A DNA stretch of 64,000 nucleotides from an uncultured Eubacteriales bacterium (GTDB lineage: Bacteria; Bacillota; Clostridia; Oscillospirales; Acutalibacteraceae). Shown here piece after piece: positions 9,890 to 17,783 of the stretch (its first letter is position 1; each line of letters starts with the position of its first letter). Where the stretch lies: positions 9,380 to 73,379 of the forward strand of contig CAKVEP010000007.1 of the NCBI GenBank assembly GCA_934729465.1. The letters are read 5' to 3'. A program made the translations under genes and the position numbers. The notes under the pieces were generated by a model. It did not search any database, had not been told where the DNA came from, and saw only the letters and a program-made list of their open reading frames with translations.

Positions 9890-10446
9890 TGGCAGGAATA
9901 GGTTTAAAAAGTTTTAAATATGCAAAATTAAACGATGACGGCAAAACGTACGGAGAAGTAAAAACGCTTGCGGGAGCGATTGAATGTAAAGTATCAATCG
10001 AGCTTGCGGAGGCAACGCTTTATGCGGACGATAGCGTAAAAGAACAAGTATCGGTATTCAAAAGCGGCACAATAACAGCAGGAATTGATGATGATAACGA
10101 TAAAATTTTTGCGGAACTTTTAGGGCAGACAATAGACGAGGAAAGCGGACTTGTAACGTCTAATGCGAGCGATACGCCAATTTATGTGGGATTTGGACAT
10201 ATTGTTCCGAAAATGGTAGGAGGAAAAAGGAAGTATAAGGTGGAATGGTTCCCGAAAGTCAAATTTAAACCATTTATAACGGACGCAAAAACAAAGGGTG
10301 ACAGCTTAGAATTTACCACGCCATCAGTAGAAGCGACAATCTTTGAAGATAGCGATGGCAACTGGGAAAAGCATAATATTTTTAATACGGAAGATGAAGC
10401 GGTAACAGGACTAAATGCACTTTTTGTGCAGCCTCAAACAGCTTAG
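9889..10446 (+). CDS. Major tail protein (phi13/TP901-1-like)
   Basis: 185 aa. MAGIGLKSFKYAKL N-terminus typical of siphovirus major tail proteins. Lies immediately before the chaperone pair. Confidence 0.75.
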   Translation: MAGIGLKSFKYAKLNDDGKTYGEVKTLAGAIECKVSIELAEATLYADDSVKEQVSVFKSGTITAGIDDDNDKIFAELLGQTIDEESGLVTSNASDTPIYVGFGHIVPKMVGGKRKYKVEWFPKVKFKPFITDAKTKGDSLEFTTPSVEATIFEDSDGNWEKHNIFNTEDEAVTGLNALFVQPQTA

Positions 10447-10459
10447 GAGGAAGTTTTAA

Positions 10460-10810
10460 ATGCTTGATACAATAAAATATTTAGAAACAGAAAGTGAAAA
10501 ATATCCCTTAGCTTTTACGCTAAATGTCATGGAAATAATACAGGAAAAATACGGCAGCATTGAGACTTGGAGTGAACTCATACAGAAGCAAGGCGAACCA
10601 GATATAAAAGCATTAAAATTTTTCATCACGGAGGCAATTAACGAGGGACTAGATATTGAATCAGAAAAAACAGGGGAAAAGAGGGAACTAATCACACCCA
10701 GAAAAGCGGGGAGAATTTTAACTGAAATCGGATTAAAACAAGCAACAAATACAGTAGCAAGTGTAATAACCGAAAGCGTACGAGCGGATAAAACCTCAAA
10801 AAACGAATAA
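10460..10810 (+). CDS. Tail assembly chaperone (G-like)
   Basis: 116-aa acidic protein between the major tail protein and the tape measure. Ends in the slippery site A_AAA_AAC. Confidence 0.6.
   Translation: MLDTIKYLETESEKYPLAFTLNVMEIIQEKYGSIETWSELIQKQGEPDIKALKFFITEAINEGLDIESEKTGEKRELITPRKAGRILTEIGLKQATNTVASVITESVRADKTSKNE
10798..10804 (+). promoter_or_regulatory. -1 programmed ribosomal frameshift slippery heptamer A_AAA_AAC (G to GT)
   Basis: The heptamer is in the X_XXY_YYZ register of ORF 10460..10810, two codons before its stop. The -1 frame continues into ORF 10831..11088. Confidence 0.6.
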
Positions 10811-10830
10811 CGCCCGCAGGAGATAGAAGT

Positions 10831-11088
10831 GTGGGCGGTAAAAATACAAATTTATGTTTAGAGAATGAGTGCGAAATGGGTCAAGCGTCATGTTTGGATT
10901 TTTCATGGCTTTTATTTGTAGGAGTGAAAATGCTCGGTTTTACGGAAAAAGCAGTCGGGCGTATGACACTAAAAAAATGGAATTTGTTATTTGAACATTT
11001 TAAAAAATATCACAATTTTAAGACTAAAGGCGGGCTTTTCAAAGAGGAAAAGGAAGTAATCCAAGATGACGAGTGGATTAAAGGTTAG
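10831..11088 (+). CDS. Tail assembly chaperone T segment (expressed as a G-T fusion through the -1 frameshift)
   Basis: The ORF is in the -1 frame relative to G and starts just after the slippery site. This is the conserved G/GT arrangement of siphoviruses. Confidence 0.5.
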   Translation: MGGKNTNLCLENECEMGQASCLDFSWLLFVGVKMLGFTEKAVGRMTLKKWNLLFEHFKKYHNFKTKGGLFKEEKEVIQDDEWIKG

Positions 11089-11124
11089 TTGTGGTTAAAA
11101 CCATTGTGTGCAGCATATAATATA

Positions 11125-11153
11125 TTGACGTACGCAAAAACGTATGTTATAAT
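11125..11153 (+). promoter_or_regulatory. Consensus sigma-A promoter (TTGACG-17-TATAAT) driving the yefM-yoeB moron
   Basis: Exact -35 and -10 hexamers with a 17-nt spacer. The spacer contains a partial palindrome (acgtacg..acgtatgt) that could be the YefM operator. Confidence 0.6.
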
Positions 11154-11171
11154 ATAAACGGGGTGATTTAT

Positions 11172-11420
11172 ATGTATAACACTAATGTAACTAATGCAAG
11201 GGCGAATTTATATAATTTAATAAATATGGCTATTGACAATAACGAAGTAATTAATATTAATACAAAAAACGGAAATGCAGTACTCATTAGCGAAGAAGAT
11301 TATAATTCTTTAATAGAGACACTTTATCTGTCATCAGACCCAGAGTATAAAAAGTCTTTAATTAATGGAAAAAATACTCCCTTAGAAGACTGTGTAGATG
11401 AGGAAGAGGTTGAATGGTAG
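11172..11420 (+). CDS. yefM: Phd/YefM-family antitoxin
   Basis: 82 aa with YefM fold signatures (NARANLYNLI, EEDYNSLIETLYL). ATGGTAG overlap with the toxin gene. Confidence 0.75.
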   Translation: MYNTNVTNARANLYNLINMAIDNNEVININTKNGNAVLISEEDYNSLIETLYLSSDPEYKKSLINGKNTPLEDCVDEEEVEW

Positions 11421-11680
11421 GATTCAAAGTAAAGTTTACAAAACAAGCGGTAAAAGATTTAGAATACTTAAAAGCCGCAAATCTCTCTAAAAAAGCAAAA
11501 AAATTAGTTGATATAATGAAAGAAAACCCGTATCAAAATCCCCCTCCTTATGAGAAGTTAATTGGTGATTTAGACGGTATGTATTCAAGGAGAATAAATA
11601 TTCAACATAGATTGGTTTATGAGGTTGATAACGAAGAAAAGATTATAAAAATTATTAGAATGTGGAAACATTATGAATAA
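11414..11680 (+). CDS. yoeB: YoeB/Txe-family toxin
   Basis: 88 aa with YoeB motifs (KFTKQAVKDLEYL and YSRRINIQHRLVYEV), ending ...WKHYE. Confidence 0.75.
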   Translation: MVGFKVKFTKQAVKDLEYLKAANLSKKAKKLVDIMKENPYQNPPPYEKLIGDLDGMYSRRINIQHRLVYEVDNEEKIIKIIRMWKHYE

Positions 11681-11737
11681 TTAGAAAAAGCGCTCAGGAG
11701 TGGGCGTTTTTTTGTTGTGCAAAAAGGCGGTGAAAAC

Positions 11738-13657
11738 GTGGGAGTAACAACATTTGGAGGAAAAATAAAGTTAGAGGGCGAGCGTGAATATAGGCAGGCG
11801 ATCTCGCAGATAAATTCAGATTTAAAAGTGTTTTCTTCAGAGATTGGAAAGTTAACGGCGGAGTTTGGCAAAAATGATACGTCTACAAAGGGTTTAACGG
11901 AGCGGAACAAGGTTTTAACCGAACAAATTGAAAAACAAAAAGAAAAAATAGCGACTTTAAAAGGTGCGGTCGAGGATTCGGCGGAGCAGTATGGCGAACA
12001 TGACAAAAAGACAAATAACTGGAAAACGACTTTAAACAAAGCCGAAGCAGAGCTAACCAAAATGGAAAAAGAACTGGACGGCAATAACAAACAGCTTGGC
12101 GAAAACGGAGAAAATTTAGATGACGGGAGTAAATCTCTTGATGAATTTTCTAAAAGTGAGGACGAAGCAGGACAAAAAGCCCTTAAGTTCGGAGACTTGG
12201 TTAAGGCAAATTTAGTAAGCGAAGTGATAATAAGCGGGATAAAGAAGCTTGGCGAGGGTATAACGAAAGTCAAAGAATATTTGACGGATTCGGTAACAGC
12301 GGCAGCAAGCTATGCGGACAATATTTTAACTATGTCTACACAAACAGGTATCAGTACGCAGACTTTACAAGAATACGGTGCAGTAGCGGAACTTGTAGAC
12401 GTAAGTGTTGATACCATGACAGGTTCAATGGCGAAAAATATAAAATCCATGACGAGTGCTGCAAGCGGAACGGGAACGGCGGCGGAAGCATATAAAAAGC
12501 TGGGCGTATCCGTTACGGATTCGAGCGGAAATTTAAAAGATAGCGAACAAGTTTATTGGGATACAATAGACGCTTTAGGGAAAATTCCAAATGAAACTGA
12601 GCGCGACAGCATAGCTATGCAAATTTTAGGTAAATCCGCACAAGATTTAAACCCATTAATAGCGCAAGGAAGTGCAGGAGTAGAAGAACTTACATCAAAA
12701 TATGCCAGATTTGGAACGGTTCTATCAGAAGAAGCCCTCAACTCTTTAGGGGCACTTGATGATAGTATGCAAATTTGGAAAATCACGACAGAAGCAACGG
12801 GAAATTTACTCGGAACACTTCTAGCTCCTGCAATGACAGATATCATAACTAATGCTAACGATATGTCAGGCGAATTAAATTCTTTAATAGATTCAGCTTT
12901 CAACGGAGGGGATATGGAAGCAGCGGTGATGAACTTTGCTGATACAGTTAGAGAAGCTGTAACGAATATATCTGGGGCTATCCCCCAGATAATCGAAGTT
13001 GGGAAGAATCTTATTTCAGTGCTTTTAGAGGGTTTAACCGCTGCTCTACCTTATATTTTAGAAGCCGCGGGACAAATAATTCCTGAAATAATCACGGGGA
13101 TAACATCAGTTTTACCACAGCTAACAAACGCAGCAATTACTATAATTATGGCGCTTTCCACCGCACTAATTAATTCTTTGCCACAAATTATTCAAGCGGG
13201 AGTAGAAGTCATCACAACACTTGTCAGCGGAATATCACAGTCTTTACCTATTTTAATTCCTGCAATCGTGTCCGCCATGATATTAATTGCGCAGTCTTTA
13301 ATTGACAACATAGACTTAATAATACAAGCAGGAATTGATTTGTTTATGGGACTGGTACAATCAATCCCGCAGATTATAGCCGTTTTAGTACCGAAAATTC
13401 CAGAGATAGTAAACAGTATAGTAAATGCTTTAGTAAATAATGTTCCTTTACTTTTAGACGGAGCAATAACACTTTTCATGGCGATAGTATCGGCAATCCC
13501 CGAGATTATCGTTATTTTAGTACAAAACGTGCCTCAGATTGTAACGGCGATAATTAATGGGCTTTCAAAACTTCCAGAACTAATCGGAGGAATTTTAGGA
13601 ACAGTTTTAAATAGATTCACCGAGTGGGGCGTATTCAAGCACGATAAAAAAATATGA
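11738..13657 (+). CDS. Tail tape measure protein (start GTG 11738 with RBS; the track uses 11717)
   Basis: Long helical protein with the usual TMP features: coiled-coil N-terminal part, then Gly/Ala/Ile-rich hydrophobic repeats. It sits after G/GT. Confidence 0.7.
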   Translation: MGVTTFGGKIKLEGEREYRQAISQINSDLKVFSSEIGKLTAEFGKNDTSTKGLTERNKVLTEQIEKQKEKIATLKGAVEDSAEQYGEHDKKTNNWKTTLNKAEAELTKMEKELDGNNKQLGENGENLDDGSKSLDEFSKSEDEAGQKALKFGDLVKANLVSEVIISGIKKLGEGITKVKEYLTDSVTAAASYADNILTMSTQTGISTQTLQEYGAVAELVDVSVDTMTGSMAKNIKSMTSAASGTGTAAEAYKKLGVSVTDSSGNLKDSEQVYWDTIDALGKIPNETERDSIAMQILGKSAQDLNPLIAQGSAGVEELTSKYARFGTVLSEEALNSLGALDDSMQIWKITTEATGNLLGTLLAPAMTDIITNANDMSGELNSLIDSAFNGGDMEAAVMNFADTVREAVTNISGAIPQIIEVGKNLISVLLEGLTAALPYILEAAGQIIPEIITGITSVLPQLTNAAITIIMALSTALINSLPQIIQAGVEVITTLVSGISQSLPILIPAIVSAMILIAQSLIDNIDLIIQAGIDLFMGLVQSIPQIIAVLVPKIPEIVNSIVNALVNNVPLLLDGAITLFMAIVSAIPEIIVILVQNVPQIVTAIINGLSKLPELIGGILGTVLNRFTEWGVFKHDKKI

Positions 13658-14705
13658 AATCAAGATTAACGGTCAGGCTTTTAGTCAATCAAATTTCACA
13701 ACAAATCCACTAACAGGGAGTGGCACTTGTACAGTTAAGATAACGGATTCAAGAAACAGGACAGCGAATCAAAGTCTTTCGTACTCAGTAACGAGTTATG
13801 CAAATCCGACTATCAATAATTTTACAGTTGTAAGATGTAATCAAGACGGCACAGAAAGTGACGAGGGGGCATATGCAAAATGCACCCTTAAATCCACTAT
13901 TTCAAGCGTAAATAATAAGAATGACAAAAATTTTCAATTATTTTATAAAAAGCTTACTGATAGCAATTATACTACAATAAGTTTGTCAAACAACAGTTAT
14001 TCTTATGATAATACACAAATCATCGTAGCCGATATAAATAGCGAATATGAGTTCATTTTCAATGTAACAGATTATTTTAGTACAGTACAAAAATCACTAA
14101 ATTTAGGGACAGCATTCACGCTTGTTGACTACAACGCAAGCGGTCGGAGCGTAGCTTTTGGGAGAGTATCAACAGCAACATCAAGCCAGAAAAAATTACA
14201 AATTAAACTTGATACCGAAATCGAGGGAACATTAAAAATAAATAATAAAACAGTTTTTGATTTAATTTATCCAGTAGGTTCTATCTATATGTCCGTAAAT
14301 AGCACAAATCCAAAAGACTTATTTGGCGGAACTTGGTCACAATGGGGCTCGGGACGTGTACCAGTATGCGTCAATGTTTCTGATTCAAGTTTTGATACAG
14401 CCGAAAAAACAGGAGGTAGTTTGTCACATCGGCATGAGTTTAGAATTGGTATGCACTGGTGGTATGGCGGGGCTTGCGGAGAGGGTTCATATAGTGAAAC
14501 AGGTGCGTATCGCTTTTCCGATAACCAATATGACGGTTGGGCGAGAGAATTAGATGGACAATCTTTACGCGTAAACAGTGCAATTTACAACAATTCTTCT
14601 ACAACAACCGCAAATCCAAACGGGAAATGGTCTAGGGGCGATACGTCAGAATCAAGCAATTTACAACCTTATATAACGTGTTACATGTGGAAAAGAACAG
14701 GTTAA
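13611..14705 (+). CDS. Tail fibre / receptor-binding-like protein frame with no start codon (open in the +1 frame relative to the TMP; first possible start is TTG 13983)
   Basis: Frame 0 is open from 13611 to the stop at 14705. It encodes the conserved ...PVGSIYMSVNSTNPKDLFGGTWSQWGSGRV... motif common in Firmicute phage host-specificity proteins. There is no ATG/GTG/TTG between 13611 and 13983. Confidence 0.45.
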   Translation: MDSPSGAYSSTIKKYEIKINGQAFSQSNFTTNPLTGSGTCTVKITDSRNRTANQSLSYSVTSYANPTINNFTVVRCNQDGTESDEGAYAKCTLKSTISSVNNKNDKNFQLFYKKLTDSNYTTISLSNNSYSYDNTQIIVADINSEYEFIFNVTDYFSTVQKSLNLGTAFTLVDYNASGRSVAFGRVSTATSSQKKLQIKLDTEIEGTLKINNKTVFDLIYPVGSIYMSVNSTNPKDLFGGTWSQWGSGRVPVCVNVSDSSFDTAEKTGGSLSHRHEFRIGMHWWYGGACGEGSYSETGAYRFSDNQYDGWARELDGQSLRVNSAIYNNSSTTTANPNGKWSRGDTSESSNLQPYITCYMWKRTG

Positions 14706-14907
14706 ATTTTAAAGGTATATATTAAAAACTAGATTTACCCAAACATCTGGATTTAAAGTAGACTATCTCATATGCTTGAAACATTTTGACAGGTATTTTA
14801 ATTTTAAGAGGGAGCACCTATATCTATGATATTTTTAAAACTTTCACAAATATAAAATAAAAACTTTCCATGAATAAAAATTCACAGAAAGAATATTATA
14901 ATAATGT

Positions 14908-14936
14908 GTTGACAATAGACAACACAAAGTATATAA
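14908..14936 (+). promoter_or_regulatory. Consensus sigma-A promoter (TTGACA-17-TATAAT) with an overlapping inverted repeat tgtgttg-N8-caacaca
   Basis: Exact hexamers seen directly. The 7-bp IR spans the -35 element. Confidence 0.55.
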
Positions 14937-14942
14937 TAAAAG

Positions 14943-15045
14943 TAGTAGGAGCAAAACCGTTTGAAAAGCGGTCAGCCTCCAAAAGAATCTACTAATAAAA
15001 GCCGATACTGTGGTGAGTGGCGGCTTTTATATTTTTGTGTTTTTA
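14943..15045 (+). ncRNA. Candidate small RNA (~100 nt) from the consensus promoter to an intrinsic-terminator-like hairpin (aaagccg...cggcttt followed by a T-run)
   Basis: No ORF. 5' tagtag pairs with a downstream ctacta. There is an internal hairpin accg...cggt and a terminal GC hairpin with U-tract at 14997-15045. Confidence 0.3.
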
Positions 15046-15326
15046 TCTATATAATTAACAGCACTAAATAGCACTATAAAATACATTATAAGAGGACTTA
15101 TAAAAATGATAAAATCCAACATAATATCTACCTCCTCTGGGAGGCAGATTAACCGCCATTCATAGGCTAAACTCCTACTACTAATGTATCATTATAAATT
15201 ATAGAACAAGCAATTACAACATAATTCTACAAAGAAAAATAAGTTTATAAAGGCTCGCTAAATTTGATTAGCCAGCCTTTTTTATTTTATATAAATACAA
15301 GAAATAAATATTTTTTATTTTTAGCA

Positions 15327-15375
15327 TTGACTTTTGTCGACAAAAAGGATAGAATAATTTTGTCAGACAAAAGGA
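15327..15375 (+). promoter_or_regulatory. Promoter TTGACT-17-TAGAAT with two direct repeats of tttgtc(g/a)(a/g)acaaaagga (putative operator for the downstream RHH protein)
   Basis: Repeats at 15333-15349 and 15358-15375, one within the spacer and one just downstream of the -10. The first contains the palindrome gtcgac. Confidence 0.45.
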
Positions 15376-15383
15376 GGGTAGAA

Positions 15384-15551
15384 TTGACAAAGCCTAAAAT
15401 AGGCAGACCTACTGATGACCCTAAACCTTTCAAAATAGATGTAAGATTAAGTGAACGTGATATAAATATACTTGATGATTATTGCAAAAGGACGGGAAAG
15501 ACTCGACCAGAAAGTGTCAGGGAAGCGATTAGAGGTCTCAAAGAAAAATAA
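15384..15551 (+). CDS. Ribbon-helix-helix (CopG-like) transcriptional regulator, 55 aa (TTG start with AAGGAGGG RBS)
   Basis: ...KIDVRLSERDINILDDYCKRTGKTRPESVREAIRGLKEK is an RHH pattern. The upstream part of track ORF 15264 lacks an RBS. Confidence 0.45.
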   Translation: MTKPKIGRPTDDPKPFKIDVRLSERDINILDDYCKRTGKTRPESVREAIRGLKEK

Positions 15552-15696
15552 AAAGAGAGTAGGCGTGTTGTCAGACACTTATTCACCTACTCCGTATACA
15601 CCCACAGCCCAAAAGAGCTAGAGTATAAATATTATATCATGTGCTTAATGAACTTTCAAGTTGGCTGGGGGAAATAATTTGAAAGGAATTTAATTT

Positions 15697-16086
15697 ATGA
15701 GCAAAGATTTTAACAAAAAGACGGAAATTGAAGAGCTGGCATGCAAGATATTGGAAAGCATTATAAATACATTTAGCTAGCCTACATATTTATCACAGAG
15801 ACACAAAGAAAATTCAGAATATTATGACGAATTTGAAAAAGAGTTTGAGAAAGGACTAAGTTATGAGCAAAAAAAAGATTTAGATTCACTAATATCAATA
15901 AAAAATGCAGTAGAATCAACACAATTTGACTATACATTGCTTTTGGGAATGCAAATAAAATCTGCCATAGAAGAAATAATAAAAAATCCTCTTAAAATCT
16001 TAAATTTATACGACAACGAGGGAATCCCTGTTAGAGATATTTATAAATCTATTAAGCAAAGAAGTGAGGGTGTCAATAATGGGTAA
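15697..16086 (+). pseudogene. 129-codon ORF interrupted by an in-frame TAG at 15778-15780 (27 aa, amber, then 101 aa); hypothetical
   Basis: The reading frame is continuous apart from the single amber codon. Its 3' end overlaps the ATG of the next gene (ATGGGTAA), which suggests an operon. Confidence 0.3.
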
Positions 16087-16366
16087 TTTCAAGGAAAATA
16101 TAAATTTATTTTTAACAGAATCAATGAATAACTGTTTTATAAAATTAAAACAAATTGATAAAAATTATCAAGATATAAACGCTGCGAGAATAAAAGCCTC
16201 TCAAAAATTTGAGGACTTTTTAGATACGTTAAATTCAAAAGACAGACAATTTTTAGAGAACTACAAAAGCGAGGGATATTTAGCGGACAGCATAGAAAAA
16301 GAATGGCTTTATTTACAAGGTTACAAGGACTGTATAAAGTTATTAAAAATGATTGAAGAAATTTAA
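16079..16366 (+). CDS. Hypothetical protein (95 aa), coupled to the upstream interrupted ORF
   Basis: GTGAGGGTG RBS before the ATG at 16079, followed by an intrinsic terminator. Confidence 0.4.
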   Translation: MGNFKENINLFLTESMNNCFIKLKQIDKNYQDINAARIKASQKFEDFLDTLNSKDRQFLENYKSEGYLADSIEKEWLYLQGYKDCIKLLKMIEEI

Positions 16367-16407
16367 AAGGCGAAATAGATAAAAAAATTAAATAAAATTC
16401 TACATGA

Positions 16408-16440
16408 GGAGTGAGCTAAAATCACTCCCTTTTCTTTATT
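16408..16440 (+). terminator. Rho-independent terminator (ggagtga-gctaaaa-tcactcc then T-rich)
   Basis: Perfect 7-bp stem followed by cttttctttatttt. Confidence 0.6.
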
Positions 16441-16880
16441 TTGTTTGCTAATTTACCACCTATTTTACTTTATTCACCAATATTTGTTTATAAATTCATC
16501 CCCAAAATCCGTCTATAAGGGTGAGAGGAAATTTATTCTAATCAATGTACTTTGAAAATTGAATACATACATTCTCAGCCACGTTGTCCGCTGTGTTTCA
16601 AGTGAAACAAGCGTTTTATACGGTGCGCCAAGACCTAAATGATATATTAAAATTTACACTTCTATTATATACAAATTTAGCGAGCGATATTCCACCAATA
16701 TATAAAATCGTCTGTGGTGGGCGATTCTCAACAACAGCAGCGGTGATAATGATACTCCTACATAGTCGAGGTTAAGTCCCAGAGTGTAGCCCAAGGAAGG
16801 GACGTGCAATTCGTGTGTTGATACCTAACCAGTATCAGGTTGAGGATGTCAAAAAAATTTATTTATAAGGAGTTTTTATA

Positions 16881-17603
16881 TTGAATTTGGACTATGAACA
16901 CGTTATCAATAAAAAAATAAATGGATGTGACATATCAATTTATTTTTCAAAAGAGCACAATCCAAAAATTAAAGAGAAAGATAGATATATAAGGAAAGAC
17001 GGAAGTGAGTATAAAATAGATGAATTAAAATATACTTGCTACCATAAGACAAGGAAATTAAGCGATTGTGACGGACAGACTTCATACAGAGCCGAGAAAA
17101 TAGACAACGCAGTTTTAGCGGTACTTGAAGATTTATTTAAGAAAATAAAAGAAATACCGCAATCAAAAGCACTTGAAAGACGGTATAAATTGCAAGTATC
17201 GGGATGTAATGAGAGATATAAAAAAGCGAATGCCGAAGTAGAAAAGTTAGGCAATCAACTAAGAACATTAAAACTTGAAATCGGTAAGGCTCTAGTAGGG
17301 GAAAGCACATTTACAGCGGAACAACTAAGCGAAGCAATCAAAGTTACGCAAAATAAATTAAGTGAAGCAAACTTAGAAATGGAAAAAGTAAAATCACAGT
17401 TAGATAACAAAAAAGAAGCTATGGGGAAACTAGGTTACCATTATGAAAGTTTTTTAAGTTGGGCAAATGAATTTGAAAATTCACCGCTCGAGCAAAGAAA
17501 AATGATAGCGTGTCAGCTTATAAGACAAGTTTTAGTTAGCGCAGGATATAACATAAAGATTGAGTTTGATATGAACTACCAGCAGTTTTGCGAGGGATTA
17601 TAA
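16881..17603 (+). pseudogene. Large serine recombinase C-terminal fragment (zinc-ribbon/coiled-coil plus DUF4368-like tail); catalytic resolvase domain absent
   Basis: The 240 aa resemble the C-terminal half of SpoIVCA/TnpX-type recombinases (coiled-coil ...LRTLKLEIGKAL..., ending ...QLIRQVLVSAGYNIKIEFDM). A stop lies 12 nt upstream in frame. No Ser-recombinase catalytic domain is found upstream. Confidence 0.45.
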
Positions 17604-17656
17604 CAATCATAAAATTGAAAGCTACAACAAGTGTTTTTTACGGTATGAAACTATAA

Positions 17657-17720
17657 CGCTCGGTAGAGCATGCGGCTGTTAACCGCAGGGTCGTTGGTTC
17701 GAGTCCAACTTGGGGAGCCA
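17657..17720 (+). tRNA. Partial tRNA-Asn (anticodon GUU) 3' fragment; lacks the 5' acceptor strand and has a shortened D-arm (probable att-site remnant)
   Basis: Anticodon stem-loop tgcgg-ctGTTaa-ccgca, T-arm gttgg-ttcgagt-ccaac, and acceptor 3' strand ttgggga-g-CCA are all present. No complementary 5' strand (tccccaa-like) occurs within 80 nt upstream. Confidence 0.5.
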
Positions 17721-17783
17721 AAGAAGAGTTCGGTATTTATAGATGCCTAACTTTAATGTTTATACAATCTGGAGGAATTTATA

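Larger units (their letters stand above)
1..17720. mobile_element. Prophage, right part (HK97-like siphovirus structural module plus degraded right arm); the left end lies outside the window
   Basis: Contiguous + strand order of terminase, portal, protease, capsid, connectors, major tail protein, chaperones and tape measure. TA morons are inserted. A partial tRNA-Asn copy and a recombinase fragment sit at the right edge. Confidence 0.6.

Noticed and set aside
11683-11716. Intrinsic terminator after yoeB
   Set aside because: The GC-rich segment before the T7 run forms only a 3-4 bp stem. Not convincing as a terminator.
11671-12273. 200-aa minus-strand ORF
   Set aside because: Antisense to the tape measure gene, with a Ser/Phe/Leu-rich translation and no RBS. 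A typical shadow ORF.
14323-14553. 76-aa + strand ORF
   Set aside because: Alternative frame inside the receptor-binding-like coding frame. No RBS. Spurious.
17640-17720. Complete tRNA-Asn gene
   Set aside because: No sequence within 80 nt upstream can pair with the 3' acceptor strand ttgggga, and the D-arm is 3 nt short. Treated as a partial copy only.
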